The position numbers and the translations under genes are program-made. Positions 53,145 to 61,522 of a DNA stretch of 61,522 bases are shown in pieces; the first letter of the stretch is position 1, and every line of letters starts with the position of its first letter. Location of the stretch: NCBI GenBank assembly GCA_024686195.1, contig JAIBDO010000001.1, positions 1 through 61,522 on the forward strand, written 5' to 3'. The stretch is from Gammaproteobacteria bacterium (GTDB taxonomy: Bacteria; Pseudomonadota; Gammaproteobacteria; GCA-001735895). The notes below the pieces were generated by a model that searched no databases, was not told the DNA's origin, and saw only the letters and a list, made by a program, of their open reading frames with translations.

Positions 53145-54497
53145 CTAAAAGAACTTCAGGTAGCGGTCGCGCTCCCAGTCGGACACGTGGTTGAGATAAC
53201 TAAGCCATTCCGCGCGCTTGAATTCAACCCAGGCATCGAACATCACATCACCGAAGACTTCCCGGCTGAGCGGATCTTCTGCAAATGCCGTTACCGCTTC
53301 TTCCAGCGTGCGCGGTAACCAGTTAACGCCTGCCGCGAGCCTTTCTTCGTCCGACTTGTAGTAGAGATTCTCACGATGCGGTTCACCCGGATCGAGCTTG
53401 TCCCGAATCCCTTCAAGTCCGGCCGCGATCATCATTGCCATGCCGAGGTAGGGGTTGCAGGCACTGTCTGCCGAGCGCAATTCAACGCGCCCGCCACCGC
53501 CCGGAATGCGAACCGTGTTGGTGCGATTGTTGTTACCATAAGACACGAAGCAGGGCGCCCAGGTGTAGCCAGAGGTACTGCCCTTGACGATAAGGCGTTT
53601 GTAACTGTTGACGGTCGGAGCCGATACCGCCTGTATTGCCGGTAAATGCTTTAGCACGCCGGCGATAAACTGATAGCCGATCTCGGACAGTCCACAGCCG
53701 CGCGGATCCTCCTTGTCAGCCACGAACAGATTGCTGCCGTCGACACCAGCCAAAGACATGTTGTAATGGGCGCCGTTACCGGCCTTGTCACCGTAGGGTT
53801 TGGGCATGAAGCTGGCGTAGGCGCCGTGCTTACGCGCCATTTCATGGGTTAACACGCGCAGGAACACGAAGCGGTCAGCCATGGTCAGGGCTTCAGCATA
53901 GTCGAAGTCAATTTCGAACTGACCGATACCATCCTCGTGATCGAATGAATAAACATCCCAGCCAAGTTCATTCATTGCGTCGACGGTTTCACTGAGCCAG
54001 ACGTCGAGATTATCCATCAACCGCACCGAGTCGTAGGCGGGTTTCTCGAGATGCGGTAAGTCGCTTAACGGATCAACCTTGTTTTCATTGTCGTCGAAGA
54101 CGTAAAATTCGGCTTCGATGCCACAGTTGACCCGGTAACCCATGTCGGCAGCCTGTGCCAGCACCTTCTTCAGAATGCCGCGATTGCAGGGTTCGAAGGG
54201 TTTACCCTCGGTCCACAGGTCGCTGGAAAACCAAGCACAATCGTCGCGCCAGGGCACGACCATGCAGGAGTCCGGGTCTGGATGTGCCGCTACTTCTTCA
54301 TCTGATACGTCTTGCGGAACGCCATCCAGCGCAGCACCGGTGAACAGTTCGGAACCCCCCATCATTCTTTCCATATGGGCAATCGGCACCATTTTGGTTT
54401 TCGGGACTCCATGCATGTCGACATAGGTCGGCAGCAGGTACTTGATGTTGCGCGCCAGCAGCGACTGCTTCAGTTGGTCGAGATCGGTTGTGCTCAT
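53145..54497 (-). CDS. Glutamine synthetase family protein (GlnT/GmaS/PuuA-like gamma-glutamyl-amine ligase)
   Basis: 450 aa with the GS catalytic-domain pattern (CGIEAEFYVF, SFDHEDGIGQFEI, GNGAHYNMSL, PTVNSYKRL, RVELRSADSACNPYL). Confidence 0.9.
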   Translation of the reverse strand: MSTTDLDQLKQSLLARNIKYLLPTYVDMHGVPKTKMVPIAHMERMMGGSELFTGAALDGVPQDVSDEEVAAHPDPDSCMVVPWRDDCAWFSSDLWTEGKPFEPCNRGILKKVLAQAADMGYRVNCGIEAEFYVFDDNENKVDPLSDLPHLEKPAYDSVRLMDNLDVWLSETVDAMNELGWDVYSFDHEDGIGQFEIDFDYAEALTMADRFVFLRVLTHEMARKHGAYASFMPKPYGDKAGNGAHYNMSLAGVDGSNLFVADKEDPRGCGLSEIGYQFIAGVLKHLPAIQAVSAPTVNSYKRLIVKGSTSGYTWAPCFVSYGNNNRTNTVRIPGGGGRVELRSADSACNPYLGMAMMIAAGLEGIRDKLDPGEPHRENLYYKSDEERLAAGVNWLPRTLEEAVTAFAEDPLSREVFGDVMFDAWVEFKRAEWLSYLNHVSDWERDRYLKFF

Positions 54498-54514
54498 GTG
54501 CTTCCTCCTGGGAA

Positions 54515-55545
54515 TTAACGGTACTCGGATTTAAGGTGTTCAAGGGCCGGCAGTAACAGTTGCCGGTCTGGTGGTATTTGATAATCGGCGCAGTGTTGCA
54601 ACTGATGTTCGAGAGTATCCCATTGAATAGCGTCTAATTGTTGCTGATTGAACGCATTAAACACTTGAGGGTCACCCATTTGTGCGACCGGGTTACAGGT
54701 GCCGTCGGCAAAGGCGATGGCGATAGCAGTTTGCGGTTGCAGCATGAAACGTAAAAACGCCCCGGCATCAGAATGTGGCTGTCGAGGTTTGAGCAGCGAG
54801 GTTATTTCGCTGAATGCTATTCCACCCTTGCCGTTAATCGGACCGCTGGACGGAGTGACCGCAAGCAGGTTGCTGTGCCCTGCAAGTCGTGCCGGCGACA
54901 CCGTATAGATACCGCCGCTGATGTAAAAGTCGATATCACCTGCGAGCAGGGCGCGGTTCAGCCGACGATGATCGGCGTCGAGCATCTGTGCATTCTGTAA
55001 CCAGGCAGAAGCTTTGCGTTTGAAGTTTTCAATATCATCGACGGATAACGGTTCAAAGGGATTGATACCGGCACCGATACAAACATGGAACAGGTTGAAG
55101 TCGGGGTAGTCCAGGATGGCATAGCGATTCCGCAAAGCTGGATCATCCGCCAGCCCAAAACCCTGATCCTCGGCGCTCTCACGACTTATGGCGTCAGTGT
55201 TGATCACCAGGTTGAAAGGCCCGTAGCGCTGGCCGATGCCGATCAGTTCACCATCGGCATTGTAGCTCCAGGGCAGGAAGCGCTGATAAAGCGAATGAAT
55301 CCCGCCGCGATAAAGTTCGTTCAACTCACCATCGAGCGCGCGCACCAGACCAGCAGGTTCGAGACAGTCACGGATGTAGGCATTGTTGATGTTCAGAATG
55401 TCACAGTCTGGATGACGTCCGGCGAGTAGTTCGTCGGCGATGGTGGCATCGGACAGCAAAGTCTCAGCTTGCAATTGCAGACCAGAATCACGCTTGAACT
55501 GGCGGGTGATGGGATCGGCCTCGTAACCTTCCCAGCAAAGCATGT
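54515..55545 (-). CDS. PotD/family-1 binding-protein-like protein without a signal peptide
   Basis: I start it at ATG 55545 (MLCWEGYEADPI...). The track's 76-aa extension overlaps the ATPase gene out of frame. The SBP-like sequence has no hydrophobic leader. Confidence 0.65.
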
Positions 55546-55613
55546 TGATTGGTGTTGCGGCGGAACGGTTCAAGGTTGCATTTATCTTGATCAGTGATCG
55601 AAGCGGGTTGCTA

Positions 55614-56381
55614 TCAATGCCCCAGCAGCTGACTGAGAAACAGTTTCGCGCGCTCGGTCCGGGGTGAATTAAAGAAAGTTTCGGGCTCTGCGACCTCGAC
55701 GATTTCACCAAAGTCCATGAATACGATGCGATCGGCCACACGTCTGGCAAAGCCCATCTCATGGGTGACACAAATCATCGTCATACCGCCCTCGGCAAGC
55801 TCGATCATCACGTCGAGCACACCGGCAATCATTTCAGGATCGAGTGCTGAAGTGGGTTCATCGAAGAGCATGATCTTGGGTTGCAGGCATAAGGATCTTG
55901 CGATCGCCACACGCTGTTGCTGACCGCCGGAAAGTTGAGGCGGATACTTGTCGGCCTGTTCCGCGATGTGCACGCGTTCGAGGTAGTGCATGGCGCGTTC
56001 AGTAGCTTCGGTTTTCGAGACGAGTTTGTTACGGATCGGACCGATGGTTAGATTCTCAACCACGGTCAGATGCGGGAACAGGTTAAAGCTCTGAAACACC
56101 ATGCCCACATCGCGGCGCACTTCCTCGATCTGCTTCATGCCGGGCATAACTTCACGACCATCGACCTTGATGGTGCCAGCCTGGTGTTCTTCGAGTTGAT
56201 TGATGCAACGGATCATGGTCGATTTGCCGGACCCGGATGGACCGCAGACGACGACGCGCTCGCCTGAGTTGACCTGCAGATTGATGTCGTAAAGCGCGCT
56301 GAACTCGCCGAACCATTTGCACAGTCCCGAGATTTCGACCAGTGGCGGCGTATGGCTGGATTCATTCATTGCTGGATTCAT
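55614..56381 (-). CDS. Polar amino-acid ABC transporter ATP-binding protein
   Basis: Walker A GPSGSGKST, signature LSGGQQQRVAIAR, Walker B MLFDEPTSALD. Confidence 0.9.
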   Translation of the reverse strand: MNPAMNESSHTPPLVEISGLCKWFGEFSALYDINLQVNSGERVVVCGPSGSGKSTMIRCINQLEEHQAGTIKVDGREVMPGMKQIEEVRRDVGMVFQSFNLFPHLTVVENLTIGPIRNKLVSKTEATERAMHYLERVHIAEQADKYPPQLSGGQQQRVAIARSLCLQPKIMLFDEPTSALDPEMIAGVLDVMIELAEGGMTMICVTHEMGFARRVADRIVFMDFGEIVEVAEPETFFNSPRTERAKLFLSQLLGH

Positions 56382-56421
56382 TTTGGGGTGGGCTCATCAA
56401 TTAACTCATTATTTTTGGGGG

Positions 56422-57327
56422 TTAACGCTGGCTGCGCTTTGCGCGTCGTTCCAGGTGGGCGAACAGCAGCGCGAAGCTGTAACAGAGCACGAAATACATC
56501 GCACCTACCAGGATCCATGTTTCGAAAACCCGGGTCGTGGTAGCGGCCACTTCGTTGGCGACAAAGGTTAATTCCTGAATCGAAATTAACGAAATGATGG
56601 CCGAATCCTTGATCAGGGTGATGAACTGTCCCGCCAGCGGTGGCAATATCTTGCGCACGGCCTGGGGGAGGATGATATCGCGCAGTACATTGAAGGGAGA
56701 GAGTCCGATCGAGCGTGCGGCTTCCCACTGACCTTTTGGTGTCGATTGAATACCTGCGCGCACAATTTCGGTGATGTAGGCGCCTTCAAATAGCGACAGG
56801 CAGATCATGCCGGCAAGGAAATTATCGAGCAATGCCGGGTCACCGAACAGGAAGGCAAACACCTCGTTCGCGACCCAGGGATTATCCCGGTCAATATTAT
56901 AAATGCCGATGGCCGGGAACAACTGGCTGGAGACGAAGAAATAGAAAATAAAGATAAAAACGATCGGCGGAATATTGCGGATCAGTTCGACATAGCAGCG
57001 ACTGATGATGCGTAACGCCAAATTCTGGCAGGTCCGCCAGTAGCCCATAACAACCCCGACCAGGGTAGCGAAAACGGTTGCCCATATAGCCAGTCGCAGC
57101 GTGGTTGCCAAACCCTGCAATAACAAATTGGCAACCCAGGATTCTGACTCCTGGTCATACTTCACCAGAAATCCCAGCACTCTCGACCAGTTCCAGTGAT
57201 ATACCAGCACGTCATTGACGCGATAGCCTGCATAAAGAATCAGGGCCGCCAGGGCGCTGAACAACAGCAAATCAACGAGCGTAAATCGCTTCTTTCTTTG
57301 TTCGGGAGGAGGGCTGTTTCTATCCAT
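56422..57327 (-). CDS. Polar amino-acid ABC transporter permease
   Basis: 301 aa with the His/Glu/Gln/Arg/opine permease pattern (EAARSIGLSPFNVLRDIILPQA). Confidence 0.9.
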   Translation of the reverse strand: MDRNSPPPEQRKKRFTLVDLLLFSALAALILYAGYRVNDVLVYHWNWSRVLGFLVKYDQESESWVANLLLQGLATTLRLAIWATVFATLVGVVMGYWRTCQNLALRIISRCYVELIRNIPPIVFIFIFYFFVSSQLFPAIGIYNIDRDNPWVANEVFAFLFGDPALLDNFLAGMICLSLFEGAYITEIVRAGIQSTPKGQWEAARSIGLSPFNVLRDIILPQAVRKILPPLAGQFITLIKDSAIISLISIQELTFVANEVAATTTRVFETWILVGAMYFVLCYSFALLFAHLERRAKRSQR

Positions 57328-57384
57328 CAGGATGGGAGCGTAGCCGGGTTCCGAGAGGTTCGAACCCGGCTACTGATTGATGGT

Positions 57385-58212
57385 TTACTGAGGAGCAACC
57401 ATGTCTTTCCAGGCAGATTGATCCTGGAACCAGTAGTCATGGCGTTCCTGCAGCCAGCCGTTACTGGTTTTAACCACGATCCAGTTGCTGAAAAAGTTAA
57501 GCGCATCGGGATCACCCTTGCGTAATGCAAAAGCCTCGTCACCCTTGGTCAGGTTTTCGTCGCCGAACGGCAGGAAAACCTTGGTGGGGTGTGCATCTGA
57601 CCAGAAGCGCGGCTTGGGTGCGCTTGAGATCATTCCGTGTGCGTTACCGTTAACGACTTCCTGGAAAGCCTGGGCATCATCGTCGAAGCGACGTACCGTT
57701 GCTTTAGGGAAGAGTTTCTGTGCGGCTTTACAAGGAGTTGCACCGCGACGACAGGCAATGGTGACATCGGATGAATTAAAGTCTTCACGCTTTGTGAAGT
57801 CGCCCGCCAGTTGCATATTGGCCGCCATTTGCTGCCCTGAATGCGCGTAAGGCGTGGTGAAGTTAACCGTCAGATTGCGCTGCGGTGTAATCGACATACC
57901 ACCGATGATAATGTCGAACTTCTTGGCGATGAGGGCAGGAATAATTCCGCTCCAGGCCGTTGGAACGAACTCAACCTTGACGCCCATATCCTCGGCGACC
58001 TGGGTGGCCACGTCGATTTCAAAGCCGATCAGGTTGCCGTCTTTGTCGCGCATCGCCCAGGGCACGAAGGTCGCCATGCCGACGCGCAGTGTTCCGCGCT
58101 TCTGCACGTCTTCGAGCATTCCCGCTGTGGCAGTCGAGATGGTAAAGATATTACCCGCTACTACCAGCAATGCGGCCAGTAACAGGGGCTTGAGTTGTTT
58201 ACTAAAAGTCAT
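57385..58212 (-). CDS. Polar amino-acid ABC transporter substrate-binding protein (family 3)
   Basis: 275 aa with a signal peptide (...GNIFTISTATA) and an SBP_bac_3 pattern. Confidence 0.9.
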   Translation of the reverse strand: MTFSKQLKPLLLAALLVVAGNIFTISTATAGMLEDVQKRGTLRVGMATFVPWAMRDKDGNLIGFEIDVATQVAEDMGVKVEFVPTAWSGIIPALIAKKFDIIIGGMSITPQRNLTVNFTTPYAHSGQQMAANMQLAGDFTKREDFNSSDVTIACRRGATPCKAAQKLFPKATVRRFDDDAQAFQEVVNGNAHGMISSAPKPRFWSDAHPTKVFLPFGDENLTKGDEAFALRKGDPDALNFFSNWIVVKTSNGWLQERHDYWFQDQSAWKDMVAPQ

Positions 58213-58226
58213 GAGTAGTGATCTCC

Positions 58227-59093
58227 TTAGGTGTTATTACTTTTACGTGCAACGTTCATTTTCTTTTCCAACTGTCCCACTGCCATCGATAGTGAGATAG
58301 TCAGAACAAGATAGATTCCGGCTATGATAAACCAGATTTCAAACGCCATGAAGGTGTCTGAGATCAGGTTCAAGCCGGTGGTGGTCAGCTCGGATACGGC
58401 GATGACGCTGACGATGGCCGAGTGTTTGATCAATGAAATCAACAGTCCGGTTAGTGGTGGCAGGATAAGCGGCATGGCCTGCGGTACGATGATGTAGCGG
58501 TATTTGTTTTTAACCGTCAATCCGACAGAATCACTCGCTTCAAATTGCCCGCGATCGACACCCTGAATACCACCTCGGATAATTTCGGCTGCGAAAGAAC
58601 CTTCAAAAAAGGCCAGGCAAAGCACCCCGGACCAGAATCGATCTATGCCAAAAATGGGTGCCAGCACAAAATAGAACAGGAACAACTGCACCAGCAGCGG
58701 CGTATTGCGAATGGCTTCCAGATACCAGGTGGCGATAAGACCACCTCCCCGCGAATTCGACATGCGTGCAAATGCGGTGATGAAGCCGATCAGGATCGCC
58801 AGTATGCCACTTACAATGGCAAGCTTCAGGGTTTCCAGCAGACCCCAGTAGAGCGGTCCCCAGATGAACTCACCATCAACAATTCGATAGAAGAATGGGT
58901 GTACGCGATACCACTGCCAGTTGTACTCCATTGCCGCCGCACCGCGCCAGATGAGCCAGCCTATAACCATAAAGGTCAGCACAGCCGAACCAACCTGGCG
59001 GGCATTGCGCATGAAGTCTCCCCAATGGAAACCTTCGAGCGGACGCTGGCGTCGTTCAACCGGGTTGTTATCGCTTGTGGTATCGATAGACAA
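58227..59093 (-). CDS. Polar amino-acid ABC transporter permease
   Basis: 288 aa with the permease motif (EASDSVGLTVKNKYRYIIVPQA). Confidence 0.9.
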   Translation of the reverse strand: MSIDTTSDNNPVERRQRPLEGFHWGDFMRNARQVGSAVLTFMVIGWLIWRGAAAMEYNWQWYRVHPFFYRIVDGEFIWGPLYWGLLETLKLAIVSGILAILIGFITAFARMSNSRGGGLIATWYLEAIRNTPLLVQLFLFYFVLAPIFGIDRFWSGVLCLAFFEGSFAAEIIRGGIQGVDRGQFEASDSVGLTVKNKYRYIIVPQAMPLILPPLTGLLISLIKHSAIVSVIAVSELTTTGLNLISDTFMAFEIWFIIAGIYLVLTISLSMAVGQLEKKMNVARKSNNT

Positions 59094-59335
59094 GTGTGCT
59101 TCCTTAGTTTTTCTAGTAAGCGGAGGTGGTTAACCGCCGTGGACACTACACTAAATAATCGATTCAGTTTGCGCAACACATATAGCTTTGTCAACATTAT
59201 CGTCAGTGCAGGTTTATAAAATATTATATATAATTCCGGAGTTAGACTAAGGTTATTTGCCTGTTCCAGGTGGCTGGTAATCAAGTAGCAGCGGTTTGAA
59301 ATCGAGCCGCGCAAATTCACTTCAAAGAGGTATCA

Positions 59336-60400
59336 ATGGCCGGTTATTCGCGACAAAGCATCAACCAGGAATCGGAATTTCTCGAGAACGCGTGGTACGT
59401 GGCTGCCCAGAGTCATGAGCTATCTGGTCAGCTCGCCAGTTATCGCATTCTTGGTGACGACATCCTGTTGTATCGCGACAGTAACGATTTACCGGTCGCA
59501 CTCGAGGATGCCTGCCCGCATCGCAAGCTGCCTTTATCGATGGGGACCTTGATCGATGATGTCGTGCATTGCGGCTACCACGGTCTGCAATTCGACGGCA
59601 GTGGTAAATGCGTCGGCGCACCGACACAGTGCAAGATTCCGTCAAACGCCTGGGTACGCAGTTATCCGGTGGTTGAGCGCTATCGACTGATCTGGATCTG
59701 GATGGGCGATCCCGAACTCGCCGACGCGGCCGATATATTGCCGGTTGCCGATTATGACGATCCCGACTGGGGACTGACCGATGGCGGTGTGCTCGAGTGT
59801 TCCTGTCACTATCTGTATCTGCTGGATAATCTGCTGGATCCGTCGCACGTCGCCTGGGTTCATCAAAGCTCGTTTGCCTCTGCAGGAACCGTTGATGTGC
59901 CGCTTGAGTTACAGGAAACCGCTCAGGGCGTTCTGGTTTCACGCTGGATCAAGGATATCGATCCACCGCCTTATTATGCCGACATGTTGCCATTTTCGGG
60001 GAAGGTGGATCGTCTGCAATACTACGAAGCAGTCGCCCCGTCGATTGCCGTTAACATGAGTACTTATACCCGCGCTGGACTCGGCGGTAACGATGTCGAG
60101 TTGCCGGCGGATACCTATCGCATGCGCTCTTATCATTTAATTACCCCGGTCGATGAAAACACGACCCGCTATCACTGGTTCCAGCATTACAACTGCAATA
60201 CGGATGACGAAGTTATCCGCGAGCAACTCAATGAGGGTGCACGCGGTGCCTTTGAAGAAGACCGTCTGGTGCTCGAAGCGGTGCATCGGGGCATGGGTGA
60301 CAAGCGCAGCCCGAATCTCGACCTGCAGCTGGATATCGGGTCGCGTCTGTTTCGCCGCAAGCTGAGCGCTATGATCAAGGCTGAAAAGGCGCTCCCATGA
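59336..60400 (+). CDS. Rieske oxygenase, VanA/phthalate-family (class IA-type) monooxygenase/demethylase component
   Basis: 354 aa. Rieske CPHRKLPLSMG...CGYHGLQFD. Iron site DNLLDPSHVAWVH. AAGAGG precedes the ATG. Confidence 0.9.
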   Translation: MAGYSRQSINQESEFLENAWYVAAQSHELSGQLASYRILGDDILLYRDSNDLPVALEDACPHRKLPLSMGTLIDDVVHCGYHGLQFDGSGKCVGAPTQCKIPSNAWVRSYPVVERYRLIWIWMGDPELADAADILPVADYDDPDWGLTDGGVLECSCHYLYLLDNLLDPSHVAWVHQSSFASAGTVDVPLELQETAQGVLVSRWIKDIDPPPYYADMLPFSGKVDRLQYYEAVAPSIAVNMSTYTRAGLGGNDVELPADTYRMRSYHLITPVDENTTRYHWFQHYNCNTDDEVIREQLNEGARGAFEEDRLVLEAVHRGMGDKRSPNLDLQLDIGSRLFRRKLSAMIKAEKALP

Positions 60401-60473
60401 TGATTCCTGTAATCAGGGGCCTGCCATTTTATCAGTGTTACACTGCTGCGGCTTTTGACCACGAGGGTGCATT

Positions 60474-61358
60474 TTGAAAATTACCTTTCGCCAGATTGAT
60501 GCGTTCAAGACCGTCGTGCAGACCGGCACGGTTACCGAATCAGCGCGCATGCTCGGCATATCACAACCGGCGGTGAGTCGACTGATTTCTGACCTGGAGA
60601 GCGAAGTCGGATTTCAGCTGTTCGCGCGTTCGGGGCGCAATTTGAAAGCCACGCCGGAAGCCATGCTGTTGGTCGAGGAAGTGCGGCGCGCGCTCAGCGG
60701 TCTCGAACAGATCAAGCATACCGCCACCGCGATAAAGCACTTTCGCCATGCCCAGTTGCGCTTGATATCGACCCCGGCATTTTCCACCCTGATTGCGCCC
60801 GCACTGATCAGGAAGTTTGCCGAGCGTCAGCCCGAGGCGATGGTGTCGCTGGAGGTTCAGTCAACCGATGTCGCGGTCGAGTGGATGGTGTCGCAGAATA
60901 TTGATTTCGGTATTGCGCCCGCCACACTGGTCAACCCGACGATCAGCAGTCATCCGTTAACCGAGACTCACTCACGTTGTGTTTTTCCACGTGGTCACCG
61001 CCTGGAAGGGAAGGCCATGGTGACACCGCAGGATTTACAGGATGAGAGTTTTGTGTCCTATTTGCCCGATTCCCAGTTTCGCTTCGAGGTCGATCAGATT
61101 TTCAAGAAGGCAAAGATTGACCGCAAAATGCAATACGAGGCGCGCACCACTGATGCCATCAGTCGATTGGTGGAGCAGGGTCTGGGTGTGTCGATTATCG
61201 TTTCCATAGAAGGCATGCCGGGCGAGGCCAGGGATTACTCCAGCGCTCCGTTCAAGCCCGAAATCCCGTTTAACGGCGCGTTGATCTGGTCGCAGCAACG
61301 AACCATGTCGGCGGTCGCACGGGATTTTCTGAAGATGGTTGAAACCGAATTCAGCTAG
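60474..61358 (+). CDS. LysR-family transcriptional regulator
   Basis: 294 aa with a TTG start after GAGGG and wHTH FRQIDAFKTVVQTGTVTESARMLGISQPAVSRLISDLE. Confidence 0.9.
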   Translation: MKITFRQIDAFKTVVQTGTVTESARMLGISQPAVSRLISDLESEVGFQLFARSGRNLKATPEAMLLVEEVRRALSGLEQIKHTATAIKHFRHAQLRLISTPAFSTLIAPALIRKFAERQPEAMVSLEVQSTDVAVEWMVSQNIDFGIAPATLVNPTISSHPLTETHSRCVFPRGHRLEGKAMVTPQDLQDESFVSYLPDSQFRFEVDQIFKKAKIDRKMQYEARTTDAISRLVEQGLGVSIIVSIEGMPGEARDYSSAPFKPEIPFNGALIWSQQRTMSAVARDFLKMVETEFS

Positions 61359-61379
61359 AGATTCAGCTGGCACCTGGAT

Positions 61380-61522
61380 TCAGTCGGCAGCGAGTGCCCG
61401 CCTGAAGCTTTTGCGCGCCGCGGCGCTGTGAATATAAGCGTAATCGCGCGGATAGGCTTCACCCGCTTCGATGTGCATGACCGCCAGAGCCGGACCGGGC
61501 CGGGCGAGGAAATCGGCGACAC
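61380..61522 (-). CDS. 3' end of an unidentified gene entering from the right window edge
   Basis: My reverse-strand reading is open from the window edge to TGA at 61382-61380: ...VADFLARPGPALAVMHIEAGEAYPRDYAYIHSAAARKSFRRALAAD*. No family recognised. Confidence 0.3.
   Translation of the reverse strand, partial: VADFLARPGPALAVMHIEAGEAYPRDYAYIHSAAARKSFRRALAAD

Noticed and set aside
53145-54497. GS-like gene plus Rieske oxygenases as an aniline-dioxygenase (TdnQ/AtdA1-type) system
   Set aside because: There is no glutamine-amidotransferase-like partner. The GS-like gene is on the opposite strand in an amino-acid importer operon, and the nearby oxygenases lack the large/small subunit pair of that system.
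59125-59138. Near-palindrome GGTGGTTAACCGCC in the divergent region between the amino-acid importer operon and the VanA-type oxygenase gene
   Set aside because: It is an imperfect, single occurrence with no second half-site or repeat, and only 5 bp per arm. It is noted as a possible operator but not supportable.
1-61522. Search for mobile elements, defence systems, CRISPR arrays, tRNA/rRNA genes or prophage remnants
   Set aside because: No transposase, integrase, recombinase, restriction, toxin-antitoxin or Cas-like product appears in any frame. There is no array of spaced direct repeats, and no non-coding stretch is long or structured enough for rRNA or tRNA. The window reads as ordinary chromosomal catabolic DNA.

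Overview
This 61.5-kb window is from a bacterial, proteobacterium-like chromosome and is almost entirely catabolic, transport and regulatory genes. I support about 60 CDS, two of them cut by the window edges. I found no rRNA, tRNA, CRISPR array, transposase, integrase or phage gene.

Gene blocks:
1. 1-6688: minus-strand operon of a non-Pyl MttB-family methyltransferase, a TMADH/OYE-type Fe-S flavoprotein, a ThDP enzyme and an FAD oxidoreductase, with a divergent GcvA-like LysR regulator.
2. 7168-9293: periplasmic binding protein, HAMP-only membrane sensor and an unknown protein.
3. 10150-24116: LysR regulator, then a plus-strand run of TauE/SafE exporter, GcvT-like protein and PanB paralog, a terminator, a four-gene Rieske oxygenase set, a second sensor-fused ferredoxin, and a five-component NitT/TauT-type ABC importer.
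4. 24526-30903: assorted dehydrogenases, HDOD, ASCH and a GMC oxidoreductase pair.
5. 30987-36609: three-subunit Co-type nitrile-hydratase-family enzyme, convergent amidase, and a PAS kinase with a FixJ-type regulator.
6. 36716-40450: EamA transporter, SDR and molybdopterin oxidoreductase.
7. 40650-53113: long plus-strand array of Rieske oxygenase, PotABCD-like importer, aldehyde dehydrogenase, paralogous Rieske oxygenase, two tandem unknown paralogs, a DUF1116-like protein and an amidase.
8. 53145-59093: minus-strand polar amino-acid ABC importer, a signal-less binding-protein-like gene and a glutamine-synthetase-family ligase.
9. 59336-61522: VanA-type Rieske oxygenase, LysR regulator and a partial ORF.

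The best candidate for something new is block 3. The oxygenase alpha subunit has the CXH-X26-CXXH Rieske spacing that I recall as the hallmark of methanesulfonate monooxygenase MsmA. Paralogous cyclic-nucleotide-binding-like domains with the same non-canonical binding cassette are fused to a duplicated Rieske ferredoxin and to the importer permease. This suggests ligand gating of both uptake and electron supply.

Other candidates are the unknown-paralog/DUF1116/amidase cassette, the split-beta nitrile hydratase with no activator gene, and the MttB-family operon with no corrinoid partner. All functional calls come from reading motifs in the translations. No database search was possible.
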